A stretch of DNA of 64,000 bases, from contig CM120647.1 of NCBI GenBank assembly GCA_051362555.1, forward strand, positions 14,360,651-14,424,650, written 5' to 3'. The notes below the pieces were generated by a model. The model ran no database searches. It was not told the origin of the DNA and saw only the letters and a list, made by a program, of their open reading frames with translations. Shown piece after piece: positions 1-13,423 of the stretch. The number at the start of each line of letters is the position of its first letter. Position 1 is the first letter of the stretch. The translations under genes and the position numbers were made by a program. The stretch is from Lingula anatina. Taxonomy: Eukaryota > Animalia > Brachiopoda.

Positions 1-431
1 CTGTTTCTGAGAGTTTAGGATCATGACTAACAAATTATCATAATGGACATAAATAGAAACGGCGGAAATGTTTTTAATAAGAATTTATTTGCAAAAAACG
101 AACTTATTTTGCAGCTGTTTTTACTTTCTGCCATATGTTTTGACGGCCATTTTGGCTTTTTTGCTATATGTAACGGGCTTAATTGTATTCACTAGTACTG
201 TTGTGCGCTCCTGATGGGATACACGTTCAAAAAAGCTGTCAATAAAGTTTACCCGGCGACTTCTGCTCGTTTTTCTATTTTTTCTCATAAATTGACGGCC
301 ATATTGAAAAATGCTCAAGGTCTCGGAAATAGCAACCAAGCTAATTTTGCTTCTCTCGAGCTAAAGAATGCATTTCAGCGAAAAAAGTTTACAGGAAAAA
401 ACATTGCAGGGTTAGCGTTCTGGCTACTCGA

Positions 432-690
432 CTATATCGGAAAACTTGCCACTGTAATGGCGAGCATTAAGGCAGATGTAGTGTAGTCCGGGTCCGAAGT
501 GGAAAACGAGTTAGCAAAGGTTTGGTCCGCTTCAAAATAGTTGAGATAGAGATCGGCAGAGCCACACCCTATTATAATGAGTCCCAGGGCAATCTGAAAT
601 CCACCCAAACATTGGAGGGAACCGTAAGGAAAATTGTCTGGGCGCTCCCCCACCGGAACCACTTGGTTGTGGCCCACGTGCATTGTGGGT
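432..690 (-). pseudogene. Probable MS4A/CD20-like (tetraspan) coding exon, truncated at a TAG
   Basis: Minus-strand acceptor ttttctttcag|acccacaATG (AG at 692-691). Translation has LGGFQIALGLIIIGCG, resembling the MS4A TM1 LGxxQIxxG motif, then a hydrophobic segment ending ASFPI* where MS4A has (Y/F)PxW. No downstream exons recognised in the window. Confidence 0.45.
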
Positions 691-846
691 CTGAAAGAAA
701 AATGGTGGTGTATTAACGGTGTGCTTTAGATGTTTTATTGTTTATTTTCTTGACTCTTTTTAAACTGCCATTATTTACGGTGAACATTATATACACGCAT
801 GGACTTAATTGCCACTAGCCTAGAAAATGATCGAGGATTCATCCTT

Positions 847-896
847 TCTCTCTCACTCTCACTCTCTCTCACTCTCTCTCTCTCTCTCTCTCTCTT
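847..896. repeat. (CT)n/(CACTCT)n microsatellite
   Basis: Direct reading. Confidence 0.9.
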
Positions 897-1800
897 CACA
901 AGTATACTTGTGTATAAACAAAATACACGCAATACATATCTTTAAGTGCAAATTAAATAATACGAATAAATAGAAAAAAAGTATTATGATATAAACAAAA
1001 AAAAAACTAAATGAGATTTACCATAGGAAATGACACCCACACTGTTTTTGTTAAAATTTTTAATTCAAGAACTATTCAGAAGTACCACTACTAATACACA
1101 ATACGCTTAATTTTTTTTCACATAGAAATGCACCTACGGCTAACTCGCGGCTTAAATAAACGGCTGGAAAGATGCCTAAATGAAATTCAACGCCGCACTG
1201 TTTTGGTTACTTTTGTTCCGATAGCGCGACAGACACAATGCGGAATCCAGGGTTCGATAAAACCATCGACAGCAAGTGCATGTGTGGAAAAGCGAAACTA
1301 ATTGTCGATATCACACCTGAACTTAACGTTTAAGTTTAGATATTCTTATCTTTCGTTTTATTTCTTATATATCAGGTATATGTTTACACTTCAGACATGA
1401 CCCGTTAATGTATCCCCCTCAAACTCGGACAAAAATCGACTGTAAAGAAAGCTACGTTGCGTTGGCCAGGGGTGTTTCAGTTTGAGTCCGCCATTTTTAT
1501 TTCTTTTCTTTTTTTTTTTTTTTTTTTTTTTGCATAGCTGATATATATTTCAAATGATGTAACGTCGATGTAACATATCTTTTTGTCAATCCTACAATGT
1601 CTGTTTTACATCCTTTGCGACATCAAAGAGCGAGTATCACTTCATAAAATTCGCTCAAATGCAGTTTTATCAGGAGTCACTACACCCCAACCAATACATG
1701 TCCCATACCACTTCTTATTTAATCACGTTTTTTTTAACAAATTAACTGAAAAATAATACGTGTTTAGATAATAAAACATTAACCTTAATTCTTCTTCCGT

Positions 1801-1803
<3 letters not shown>

Positions 1804-1840
<37 letters not shown>
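1804..1840. repeat. (GA)n microsatellite
   Basis: Direct reading. Confidence 0.9.
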
Positions 1841-1846
<6 letters not shown>

Positions 1847-2630
1847 GGGAAGTAGTAGTAGTAGAGATGTCATCTTAACTTACCTGAGCTTTTTTTTTTT
1901 TAATTTGATCGTGTAGCCGGTTTTCCGCTGTGTCTTAACCGTCTTCACCGCCTATCCAGCCAGTCAGCGCCCTATCTTCACAGTTTGGGTTCAAATTATA
2001 CAGGACACTTATAAAATACTTCCCACTTATGAGCACACATGAATGTTGCGCCACTTGACCTCAACCTTGCCCTCAGTATACAGCCTCAACCGATTCATAA
2101 AACATGACCTAAATCTATTGAATCAGTAACTGTCGCTTGTCGCTTGGCAACCATGTCACACGGGCACTGTTAAGTCCCAGTGACTTGGAGACATGATAAA
2201 GACGTTGTTCTCGAGTTTATATCCTCTAATCACTCAATTACATACCCTGAAAAGAGTAACATTTATTTCAAACTCGAGAAATGGATTTTTTGTCATCGGA
2301 GTTGATGTTTTGCAATAATAACAGTGCGCGCATTGTATTGCACAATGGCTTTTATAAATAAAAGAAAGAAATGCACGTGCACAAGTCCTGAGTGCCACCA
2401 AGTGAATATAGGGGGAAGGGTATAATGGCAAAATGAACTAAGAAAAACATTTTGTCAATACCTATGCGTGCCAGAGATGTTTTATAAGTGGGACGACTTA
2501 ATGTTAGAGTGATCGTTAACATTTTCATTCATTTCGTTCAATTAGGCCCATGTACTTTTTTTAACGCTTAAAGCGTGTTAAAAAAGGAGATGAGGAGAAT
2601 ATGTGAGCTTCAACTAATCCAGGGAACCGG

Positions 2631-5600
2631 TGTACCATGAAAATCTGACTCCCCAGTCAGATTTTCTTTATGAAAATGTGACTCCCCAGTCAGATTTTCA
2701 TGATGAAAATATGACTCCCCCTATGAAATTTTGACTCCCCCCCCCAAAAAAAAAAACATTCATTAATCTCATTTTATTTGAGTAAATGACTATGATTTTG
2801 TAGTTTGCATAATGGATGATACATTGGCACTTTTTTGTAGTTCACAGGCGAAAATTTTCATAAAAAAAAGAAAAATTAAAAATGTGCACATAATGAAAAT
2901 GTGGTTCCTCTATGAAAATTTGACTCCCCTACAAAAAAACATTCATTAATCTCTAATTAATTTAGTATACGACTCTGATCATGTAGTATGTAAAATGGTT
3001 GATACATTGGCATATTTTTTGTAGTTTGCAGTGAAAATTTTAATAAAAGATTAGAAAATTAAAAATGTGCACATAATGAAAATCTGACTCCCCCATGAAA
3101 ATATGACTCCCCCTCTACAAAACTTCATAAATCTTATTTTATTTTGAGTGTATGACTGTGATCTTGTAATATGGAAAATAGATGACACATTGGCACATTT
3201 TTTTGTAGTTTGCAGTGAAAATTAAAAAAAAAAAATGAGAAAATTAAAAATGTGCACATAATGAAAATCTGACTCCCCCATGAAAATATGACTCCCCCTC
3301 CACAAAACTTCATAAATCTTATTTTATTTTGGGTATATGACTGTGATCTTGTTGTATGGAAAATGGATGATACATTGGCACATTTTTTGTAGTTTGCAGT
3401 GAAAGTTTTAATGAAAAAATAAGAAAATTGAAAATGTGCACATGGTTAAAAAATTGAGAGAAAAAAAGTAATAAAACACATGAAAATAAGAAAAATTAAG
3501 GATTTGTTATATAACACCCAATGGCTCCCCTATAAAAAGCCATTTGTTTGATGTTTGATGATCATTCTGACAACTTTTCTTTTATGATACTTTATGAAAA
3601 AATTTATTGGAAATATTAAAAAGTTTTATGGTAAAATACTGCGTGAAAATAAACGAAAAATGGATAATAAATTTGCATTCTTGTACCCGTAGGATTTTGA
3701 CTCCCCTAGTTAAAAGCACTTATTTCATATTTAGCACACATTTAAATGTTTCTACTTTTTAGTTTTCTTATGGAGAACATATGTGGAATATTTAAATTTT
3801 GCGGGTAAAATTTTTTTGCAATAAGTGTTTGAAATTTAAAAATAGTGAGAAATTCAGTATAATATTTATTTTACACCCATGAAAAGGACAATTACTTTTT
3901 ATTCAGTCATTATATCACTATTTTCCACATACTTTTCATTGTATATATAATGATAAATCTACACACTAAGCTATATGAAAATAAAAATTGTTTTGTGTCA
4001 TATCAGAAAAGAATATTTTTTCAATTAAGTGCATACAATAGATGAATGTAAAAAGGATCCACTGAGACAAGAAAATTCTGCTTCTCTTCAATATTTTACC
4101 TTGTGGCAGTGAAAACTTAATGATTACTTTGCACACTAGGCTAAATCAAAATGCTTTTGCCCCTTAACTAAAAAAATCATATTGTAATTTAAGAACACAA
4201 TAGTAAGGAAATATCACCAACATGTTAATAATGCTGCTAAAAAAAGAAACTTACAAATTTCCCATAAATTTGCTTTACAACTATCACATAAGGTTATTCT
4301 CTTTGTTAAAATGAGATTTAAATATCATAAACAGGCTGCCTGTTGTCTATATAGATTACTCCACTTTTCTTTGACTTGTCTGACAACTTAGGTACTGGAC
4401 TATACTTCAACCACTTATAAATTTGTTTACTCTGTTTGTCTTGACCATAGGGTGAATAAACCATGATATCAGTACAAAGTAAAGTTGCAGCTGCAAAAAC
4501 CTCAATTTCGGAGGCCCACTGGCCAGATTTGCTGACATTGCTTATGGCAGAATAATCTGAATATTGTGCGAGCTTGCTAAAAGATTCATTGTTGTGCTCC
4601 AAATAAGTAGTGATTGCCTTTCTGGTTTCTCTATGATAGGTCTGACAACCTGTTATAATGTGGCTGAGTGTGCGAAAAAAGCAGTTGCCATCCCCTCGAA
4701 TTGATGCAGATACTTTGGGTGGATCTGTGCGTTTGCTTTTATGCGGTTTACCATTCAAATTTACGCCATGCACTGGAATCTCCAACTGGTTAGCTTTTTC
4801 TGTTTGCCACTGCTGGTCAACAGGATTGTACTCAAGGGCTGTCTCTCCAGTTGTGTTCACCAGCACTTGCGGGATGTCTTTCGGCAGTTTGTTTGGCTTC
4901 ATTCTGGAGGCATTAGCTAGGGCTTTCTTGTTTTTCAGCTTGTAAACCCCTTTTGAACGTACCTCTTCCACTTTGAATGGTCCCACCCACTTTGGCTGTA
5001 GTTTGTCTCTCATCCTTGCAATTCGCCGTGCGTTATTCAGCAACACTGCATCCCCTACTTTGAAACTTGGAGCCTCATGGCGTGTATCGTACCCTTTCTT
5101 TTGATGGACCTGGGCCCTGGAAATGTTCTCTTGGGCTTCAACCAGCTTGGAAAACATTCCTGATGCTTTGTGACAACGACTGTCAAGGGCTTCTTGCTCT
5201 GTTACCTCTGAGGTGGGGTTTCCAACGGGGAATTTGTCTTCAATTAGAAGGGTGGGTTCTTTGCCGAATGCCAAAAAGAAAGGTGTTTTCTTAGTTGAAG
5301 AGTGTTCTGTGGTTCTGTATGCAAGCGCCAATGTATCCTCCATTTCACAAACTACAAGATCACAGTCTCATACTCAAAATAAAATAAGATTTATGAAGTT
5401 TTGTGGAGGGGGAGTCAAATTTTCATGGGGGAGTCAGATTTTCATTATTTGCTCATTTTTAATTTTCTTACTTTTTCACATAATTTTCCACCTGCAAACT
5501 ACAAAAATGTGCCAACGTATCATCCATTTTACATACTACAAGATCACAGTCATATACTCAAATAAAATAAGATGTATGAAGTTTTGTGGAGGGGGAGTCA

Positions 5601-5880
5601 AATTTTCATGGGGGGAGTCAGATTTTCATTATGTGCACATTTTTATTTTTCTTATTTTTTCATTTGAATTTCCACTGCAAACTACAAAAATGTGCCAACG
5701 TATCATCCATTTTACATACTACAAGATCACAGTCATATACTCAAATAAAATAAGATGTATGAAGTTTTGTGGAGGGGGAGTCAAATTTTCATGGGGGGAG
5801 TCACATTTTCATTATGAAAATCTGACTGGGGAGTCACATTTTCATAATGAAAATCTGACTGGGGAGTCACATTTTCATGG
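2631..5880 (-). mobile_element. Ginger1-type DNA transposon, internally deleted, with long repeat-containing inverted termini
   Basis: Left end CCGG|TGTACCATGAAAATCTGACTCCCC matches the Ginger1 TGT terminus and CCGG target. The right end (to 5880) is its reverse complement but lacks the last ~4 nt and the TSD. Subterminal ~180-bp tandem units at ~2710-3445 and, inverted, 5341-5800. Internal ORF is a Gypsy-like integrase C-terminus plus OTU. Confidence 0.85.
4318..5343 (-). pseudogene. Ginger1 transposase fragment: integrase C-terminus, GPY/F domain and OTU-like cysteine protease
   Basis: Integrase C-terminal LAYRTTEHSSTKKTPFFLAFGKEP; GPY/F motif KLQPKWVGPFKV; OTU Cys box IRGDGNCFFRTLS and WASEIEVFAAA. 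The DDE core is missing: the ORF start abuts the subterminal repeat at 5341. Confidence 0.85.
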
Positions 5881-6574
5881 GGGTCCTTAGTTTAAGAAAC
5901 AAGTCTTTTATCCCTATGATCCTTCTCTATCCTTTCTTTTTTCTTATATAAATAAGGGTCAAATTACTAATCTATAGTGCATGGCCTATGATTCATATTG
6001 TCAGTAGCTTCCAATCATAATGATGATTTGGGGATCCTTTTAATTTTTGCAAAACACAAATAAACAAATTTTAGTTATTTAACAAAAAACGCTAAAACAA
6101 AAATAACAAGAGGAGTTGGAAGCTCAGTCCTTGAGGCAAAAATGTCTGTATACATTTTAGTTCTTGTATATATCAAGAGAATACATGTACAATGTAGAAA
6201 AGGTTGGTGTGTAAAAAAAATCATATTATCAACGGAGGTAGATATTTGTTAGTACCAATCTCCCAGCACATGATACCTTTATCACACTTGAAAAGGAAAT
6301 TAAACTAGCTTGACTTCGATCACAGTGTGCTTGTCTATGTATGATACATGTATGTCAGGAGCGAATTAAGCACATTCTACAGTGTACACTGGTTTGGGGC
6401 TTCCCAGTCAGATATAAAATGAGCGCAGTGGGTAACCTTAGATGACAACAAAAAAAAAAACGCGCGCGCGCGCTTGCGGGCGCACTTGCACTTTTGACTG
6501 TCGTGGTTGAATAGATCAAGCCCCGGGATGAGGGTATTCTTACATCACCTGGGGTGAAGGGGTGCACCCCCTCC

Positions 6575-6880
6575 TAGTGGCGGATTTAGGGGCTGTCAGG
6601 GAGGTCCTGGTCCCTCCTTAGATTTCTGAAACAATTCACACCAATGGTTCCCTCTTGAAATTAGAATATTGTCTAGCTGAATCAGAGTTCTCAATCGTTC
6701 GCCCTCTCAAATACCATTTTTTTCAGGTCCCTTCACCGGGCTCCGACCCCACGCCAAGGGGGGGGGGGGGGGGGGCTTCCCATCCATGGATCCCCTCCCC
6801 CTACAAATAAACTTGGTTCCGCCCCTGCCTCCCACAGCTTTTACTGGCACCACCACCCCCTCCCCCTGAATCCTGCACCT
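6575..6880. mobile_element. GC-rich dispersed repeat (hAT-MITE-like); related copies at ~23636-23940, ~37060-37312, ~50551-50848
   Basis: Shared core ccctcttgaaatta...tagctgaatca(g/t)agttct with (C/T)AGTGGCGGA-type left end and G/C tracts. TSDs not cleanly seen. Confidence 0.5.
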
Positions 6881-8520
6881 TCGTGTACACTTATACACGT
6901 ATACAGCTGTTGTGCATAATGTAATCGGGTCAGTTCTTGACGCTCCGGGGCCGAGACAGGTGCGCGGAGGATTAAGTCAGTCACCGCCAAGAAATCCTTT
7001 TACAGGACAAGCTTAAGTGCTCCATGTTCTACGATAAACCCAGTTCAAACTTAAAAGGTGCACTTGTGAAAAGAAATCAAAACATTAAAATGAAAAGACG
7101 ATATTTCATATTTATTCTAGAGGTACATACAATGAGAACTATAATTCCTTGGTGCATTGGATACGAAACGTACACTGTGACAGCAAACAGTACGCTATAT
7201 CGTAATACGGTATACCTGAGGTAGCAATTGATGTAGCAATAAAGCTAGGTGGTAAATGATCATAAATCCTTGAAAACATTTTTTCACGCAAAGAACACAT
7301 AATTTCTACCAGTACAGTGATAATAGATACCATATGAAACTTTATAAGGGATATAATCAATTTATCAGACTCACATGTAGTGCTTTTAGGCATCTCGGGG
7401 TCACTGCAGCATGACAAAAATCGAAATATATATTTCTGGATAAAAGACAATCAGTTGGGCTAAAAAAAAACAAAAACAATCAACTCACCAATAAATGAAA
7501 ATTACATATTGAATTAATGCTTAACCCTTAATGTGATGCCAACATTTTTAGCAAGTTCGAGTTGGCTTTGTATTCGCAGCTCGCCACATACCTGTAATAC
7601 CTGTAAAATGGATTAACAGACATGTCCTACTTCTCTAGTGAGAGGTATAAATGTTTTTTTTTTTTTTCAATCGCTACTGCGTTGCATTTCACAATTTTCC
7701 ATCGAGTGTATAATACCTCTGGGCGGACGTATTCAACAGAATGGTTTATTGTTGATAAAATATGCATGCAGTTGTTCAAAAGAATTAATTTTCCTCCCCG
7801 TTCTTATCAATAACATCCATACAGAACTGTTTGGATGTACTGTATTTCAGTAAGAGATGCGTCAATAAATAATACTGTATACCATTTCAGCTAAAAACAT
7901 GTACAATTGATTTTCAAACTTGGGTGATCTATTTCTAATGAAATCAACCTAGTACTGGTGGTCTAGTAAGAAAGGAGGCTTATCATTGCGGTGTTTATGT
8001 ACTTCATGTTTTCATGTCCTTTTTATGGCAAACACAAAACAACTACCCACTTTTGAAATTAGACCCTGACAAAACCCTGAGATTCCAGCTAAATAACAAA
8101 TGTCTGTGTCTGCAAAACAAGGTTGTTTTTCAATGCACAACGGCACACGAAATCATGCTGAAGCGTTACAAGTTCAAGCGTTATTGAGCTTTATTTACGA
8201 CTAGTGACAACAGCGTGCGGGGTTAATGTGCATTATTGGACGAATAGGAGGACATGTTGAATCCCTAGTATATTGTTAATAATCTCTCCTTCATACCTAT
8301 TCTCTTTTAAATTACTTTTTTGTCTTTTTATGCGCATAAACTTTTATGCTTGAAACCCGTTCCAATATTTGAAACGACATAAGGCAAACAGATTGAAAAT
8401 TTTCTAGAAAACAAATACGTTTTAATAAATAAATAAATAAATAAATTCGTTTAAATTAAAATATAATTCAATTCAATAATAAGTAAATACGTTTAAATAA
8501 ATAAATAATTTAACAAATAA

Positions 8521-8567
<47 letters not shown>
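8521..8567. repeat. (AAAT)n microsatellite
   Basis: Direct reading. Confidence 0.9.
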
Positions 8568-8568
<1 letters not shown>

Positions 8569-8891
8569 GAACAAGGCAGATATATACCGAGTATATAATC
8601 TTGGTATCCAGAGCGGGGGCCACAGTGGGCCACGTAGGTCCTACATGAACTGTATCACCTCCCCTAGTCTGTGGGGTAAGCGCGGACATCCTCCCCCCCC
8701 CCCCCCCCCCCCAAGAAAGAAAATCCTTAAAGCAAATTCAATCATTTTTTCCATTCAACACTACACATAGTAAAATGTCCTAACATTCTAATTTATGTCA
8801 AGGCCCCCCCCTCCCCAGCCAAATTCTGCAACTTTGAATACTGCTGTACATTTTTCTACAGGTGTATGTTGTATATCCCCGGAAAGACTGT

Positions 8892-10133
8892 TCAGCGACC
8901 ACATTTCAACAGTTTCACGAATGCTGTTCTGATCCTTGTGTTTAATATGCCATATATGATCGGGTTACTTATAGAACTGAGGAACATTATTTCTAAGCTG
9001 ACGTTATAAAGCACCTCAAAAGTCACCCTACTGAAATATGTTTCAGTCAAATTGATAACAGAGAAGGGGAGATACAGTACAATGAGAGTCACCACTACCA
9101 CAACCGTCATCTTGGCGACCTTGACCTCTACGTCGATCTTTTTCGTCTGTGGATCTCTTCCCTGCAGGGAGGCGGGCCCTCCGTCAGGGCGCCCTCTGGC
9201 TGCAGAACCCGTGGTCCTAATCCCATTCAGTGTCGGAGTAGCCATCTCTGCGTCTTTTTCTCCGCGGGCTTTCACCCCATCAGTCGTCGGCCCAGCTTTC
9301 TGCGATTCTACCGGTGGCAATGATAATACAGTCTCACGGGAAACCTCAATTTTAGCAGAAAGAGTAATACTTTGAGTTGGAATCCCCGATGGTCCATCAG
9401 TGGGCGTCTCTTTCATATTCATGTCCCTCAAATGGGATAGTTTTCTCTTCTGTTGTCGCACGTGCTAATAAATAGCAACGTAGAGGAATAACGCTGCTAC
9501 AATGCAGACAGGGATGTGGGGTACATGAACATAGCGCACTAAATCTCCTTGCACATGATTAGCGCGACAGTCCACCCCGGGTTTCCACGTGTTCCAGCCA
9601 AATAATGGCGGTAGGTTGATGGCTATCCCGTACATCCACACACAAAGTAAAGCAACAACGAGCCGCCTGTTGGTCAGTACAGCGACGCATTTAAAATGAT
9701 GACATATCTTCAGGTACCGCTCAACTGCGATGAAGAACTGATGGAGAAAAGACAAACTCACCATTCCGGACACCAAGCCAGTCTTTGCAAGGCAAAAGTA
9801 TTTGTCCATTGTTAGATACTGCCAACTGGGGACCAGGAACACCAAGTAGGCCAAGACTAAATGGCAAGGTATCCCAATTGATCCGGTTATGAAATCCACG
9901 CAGGCTAAGCTCACAATGGCGAAGTTGCTTTGACACCGGATCTCCCTGAATTTCACATAAGATGCGATCATCAGACCGTTTCCAAACATCATGGCTAAAG
10001 CCAGTGTAACGTCGATGACGATAAAGGGAACGCACGTGAATCCTGTACAGGAGACTGGCATCACAGTTGTCGTCTGGTTGGACTCCGTTGACGAAGTTAA
10101 AGAAATGTTCTTTACCATGTTCTGGTTCTCCAT
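8892..10133 (-). pseudogene. Intronless class A GPCR interrupted by one in-frame TAG at 9465-9467 (pseudogene, null allele or recoded gene)
   Basis: ORFs 9465-10352 and 8892-9461 are in the same frame, separated only by TAG+CAC. Joined product MENQN...GN(TM1)...SLACVD...FC...AVERYLKIC...PLFGWN...VAIY*HVRQQ...LYLPF...SNPIIYG is collinear with the + strand paralogues (GIY[F/R]HVKQQ). Likely start ATG at 10133. Confidence 0.85.
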
Positions 10134-13100
10134 TTCATGCGCTTCTGCTTCACTTTCTTTCAATGTCGTTAGTGATGATATGAAATGTATGCTCCTGTGA
10201 GCGTTCCTTGGATTGGGCGTACCTGTCCCCGTTTGCCCTGTTGTCTGACCCTTAAACCCCATGCATAATACCATATACTGAGACAAATATACTTCCAAGA
10301 GTGAACCCCTGTTGGTCAAAAATACACCATTGTTATAGCATTGTAATAGCAAAGGTGTTGCGGAGAACAGGTGACAGTGACGGCAAATGCTGTCTGCGAA
10401 ACAACGAAAAGATATAATGGACTTAAAACCATATGACTGTTATATTTTGCCAAGAAAACGGAATCAGGCCAATGGCTTAAGGCCTGTAATACGCTTTTCA
10501 TTATTTCATTGGTAATTGGACTGCCACTCTTCTGAAGCCATATAAATGAAGGCAAGCGGCTGTTACGTAATGGTGCTCTACACGTACGTACAGGGTTTTC
10601 GCAACGTATCTGATTGTTTTTTGAACAAAGAAAGGCAATTCCCTCGCGAATTATTGCTCGAACCGACCTTTTACTTTGATTCCAAACTGTGACCCTCAAA
10701 ATATAGACCGATCATTATTTGAATTTGTATTGTTTATATGGCTTAAATCGAGGAAAATTGACATTCGGTATAAAAATAAGTATCAATATATTTTCTCTCT
10801 AATCAATGCCATTACGGAAGGTGGAATACCATTAATTCCACTGAAAGAAGATTAAAATGACCGAAAATACACCAAAGGTGCCAATTAAGTATACTGTAGA
10901 ATGAGAAGATTTAGAACGACAATAATACCATAGAAAGAACATTTAATTAATGGTCTGAATGACGTGTACTGTGTCCTTAGAAGAGTAAGGTTATGCCAAT
11001 AGGTAACAGCATGAACAGCGCTCTATACACGCTCTGTATACATGTACATGTACATGCTAATGCCGTGTGGAATGTGTGCTTATTACAACTCTCCAAATCC
11101 TTATTAAAACCGTTCAAAAGAAATCAACGGTCAACGGTCTCATTTTTACGTTGCTGCTGTTAATTTGTAACCTTTTTTATTTGCTACTCATATAACAGAT
11201 AAGCAAAATCATATGTAGATCAGAAGTAGCCCTTACCGCTACTTGCAATATCAATGTGAATTAAAGTTAAAGACACTGAATCTCTACCACACCATATACG
11301 GTACGTTTAACATTGGCTGACCCCTGTCAGAATAATTATGCCGTTGGCCCAAAGTTGGCAAATGGGTATGGTTGGGGCATATCAAAATGGATAACTGCAG
11401 ACATATAATTGGACAACATGTCTAGCTTGGTGATGACGCCATTTTTTGACATTCGGTGTAAAAATCCACGCTGATTGCACAAAGTTATTCCGAGAAACAC
11501 CATGCGGCGTTAATGGGATAAAATCTATACCGTAGGCCCCCATCTCCGTGCCCGTGCCCAACAAGTACCCGTGTTTAATTGCAAATAAATTCCGTAGGCG
11601 TGTGCCCACGATGTATGTATCATGTTCTGAACAAGTAACTTTGTGCGTAGGCGTATTGGTGTGCGTAAGTTACGCTCAGTTACGTGGCTGTTTAACACAA
11701 ACGCCATGACAATGTTTTGGAGCAGGCATCTGGATTAATTGCAATGCATTTTAGACTACGCTCCTTAATTTTCTGACGGGTAAAACGAAATTGTTAAAAA
11801 GTTATAAATATGTTGGTGGAAATTAAATTGTACCTGATACCGCGTTTCGCAAGTGGCTGACGTATTAATAAAAATTAAGATGATATTCGGAAATTATTCT
11901 TCTGCTGATTAGCTATTAATCATCAAAAAGCAATATTTGAAGCTGACACTGCCAATCAGTTTAGAGCCATTGGGGCCTGTATTAATTGTCCACGTGTATT
12001 TATACGTGAACGGAACTCTTGGTTCCAGTCGTTACTGCAGCGTCGGATAGTCTTGACATCTTTGCTAGCGAGGTATGTATGCTCATATTGTACTTCAAAT
12101 GTGTAGCAATATTGTTAAGACTAATGAAATTCTGAATATGTTTAATGCTGCACACGTTTGATACATTATAATTTTTTTTTTCAATTTGACACAAAAAGTT
12201 CGTAACTTTAGTCAATTCATTTCTTTTTTAAATATCGCTTTGCAGAATCATATATTTCTATGGATTATTCAATTAATTTTTTTCACTTTCTGTGTCCTCT
12301 TTTCGCGGTTCACTTGATATTACAAATTCGTGTATCCAATATAACGTTTTACTGACAAATATCATGCTAAATTTTTTTCTAAAAAATCATTTAAGGCATT
12401 TTAATTGATAATTTATATAAGATGTTTTTACTCGCTTTTTTTCCACTACAAAAGGATTACGATTCACTTGCGTTAGAAAACTATTTCAGCCACTCTATTC
12501 TCATAGCACTTTATCTTAACGTGAAAGACGTGTAATGCTCAAGAATGGGGGAGTTCATTTTGTTTATGCAACAAACAGAATATATTAAATGCGTGTCAAT
12601 ACGAACGTTACCGTTTGGTTTCTTTAATAAGTTTGATATCGTGACTTTGTATGGTTTCTTCCTTTTCGTGATAGCAAACTTTCATGTTCCATTGATTACG
12701 TCCAGAAACTGCGTGGAAAATTTAAAAGTGGAGTATAATGATGGCAACGTGTGTAAAATGTATCTAGAAAGTTGTTTTAATCTAAAGCCATTTTGTCAAG
12801 TATAGCTTTTTAATAGGTTTAAACTTTTGGTATTTTTACGATCTTTTCGCGCCAAAGCCGATTTTTAGAAAAAAAAAATAGTACATGTACTTGCAAATCA
12901 TTGCTTGGATTTAAGCCTGATGTATTGTACGTATATTAAATAAACAACTAAGCTGTAAATGGATGACCATCCATTTAGGGCATCATGTCTCCCTGGCGTT
13001 TCAGAAGGAAATATGCTCGTTAGATGCTATAGTTTGAGGGATTTTATTGTTTTATATCTCTGAAGTACGTGGGAAAGATTTCCAGTATTTTTGTACATGA

Positions 13101-13423
13101 AATGATAACCATATGGCACTTTGAAACGCGTAAATCACAGTCTTAATCAAATGTAAATTAAATAATTATAAAAAGTATTATGGATGGAGAGTTACATAGT
13201 GGTGGAAATGGTATACAAAGTATATGCGTATGCTCTAGTGGACAGTTTGTACCGAACATAAGCGCTGAAATTGAAACTGATAAATCAAAATACAGAATCG
13301 AAAACTCAAGAAGTTTTCTGAGATATTCTATGCCAGTAAAAAATCCTTACAAAATTTCGTTCAACTGTTAACCATACATTCCTTCCTCTGGATGACAAAA
13401 TACTTTTCCTCATGCTGTTTAGG

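Noticed and set aside
2635-3445. Regularly spaced GACTCCCC repeats resembling a CRISPR array
   Set aside because: The spacers are homologous to each other, the block is mirrored at 5341-5880, and the context is eukaryotic with no cas genes.
5213-5890. 225-aa ORF with internal repeats (FCGGGVKFSWG...)
   Set aside because: Translation of the Ginger1 subterminal tandem repeats; no independent coding signal.
7521-8226. Possible piggyBac-type MITE (TTAA CCC...GGG TTAA)
   Set aside because: TIR match beyond the first few bases is too weak and there is no empty site to confirm.
10134-10699. Upstream extension of the 9465-10352 ORF and the 127-aa ORF 10316-10699
   Set aside because: Non-ATG starts and no homology to paralogues, which begin at ME(N/K); likely 5'UTR or promoter.
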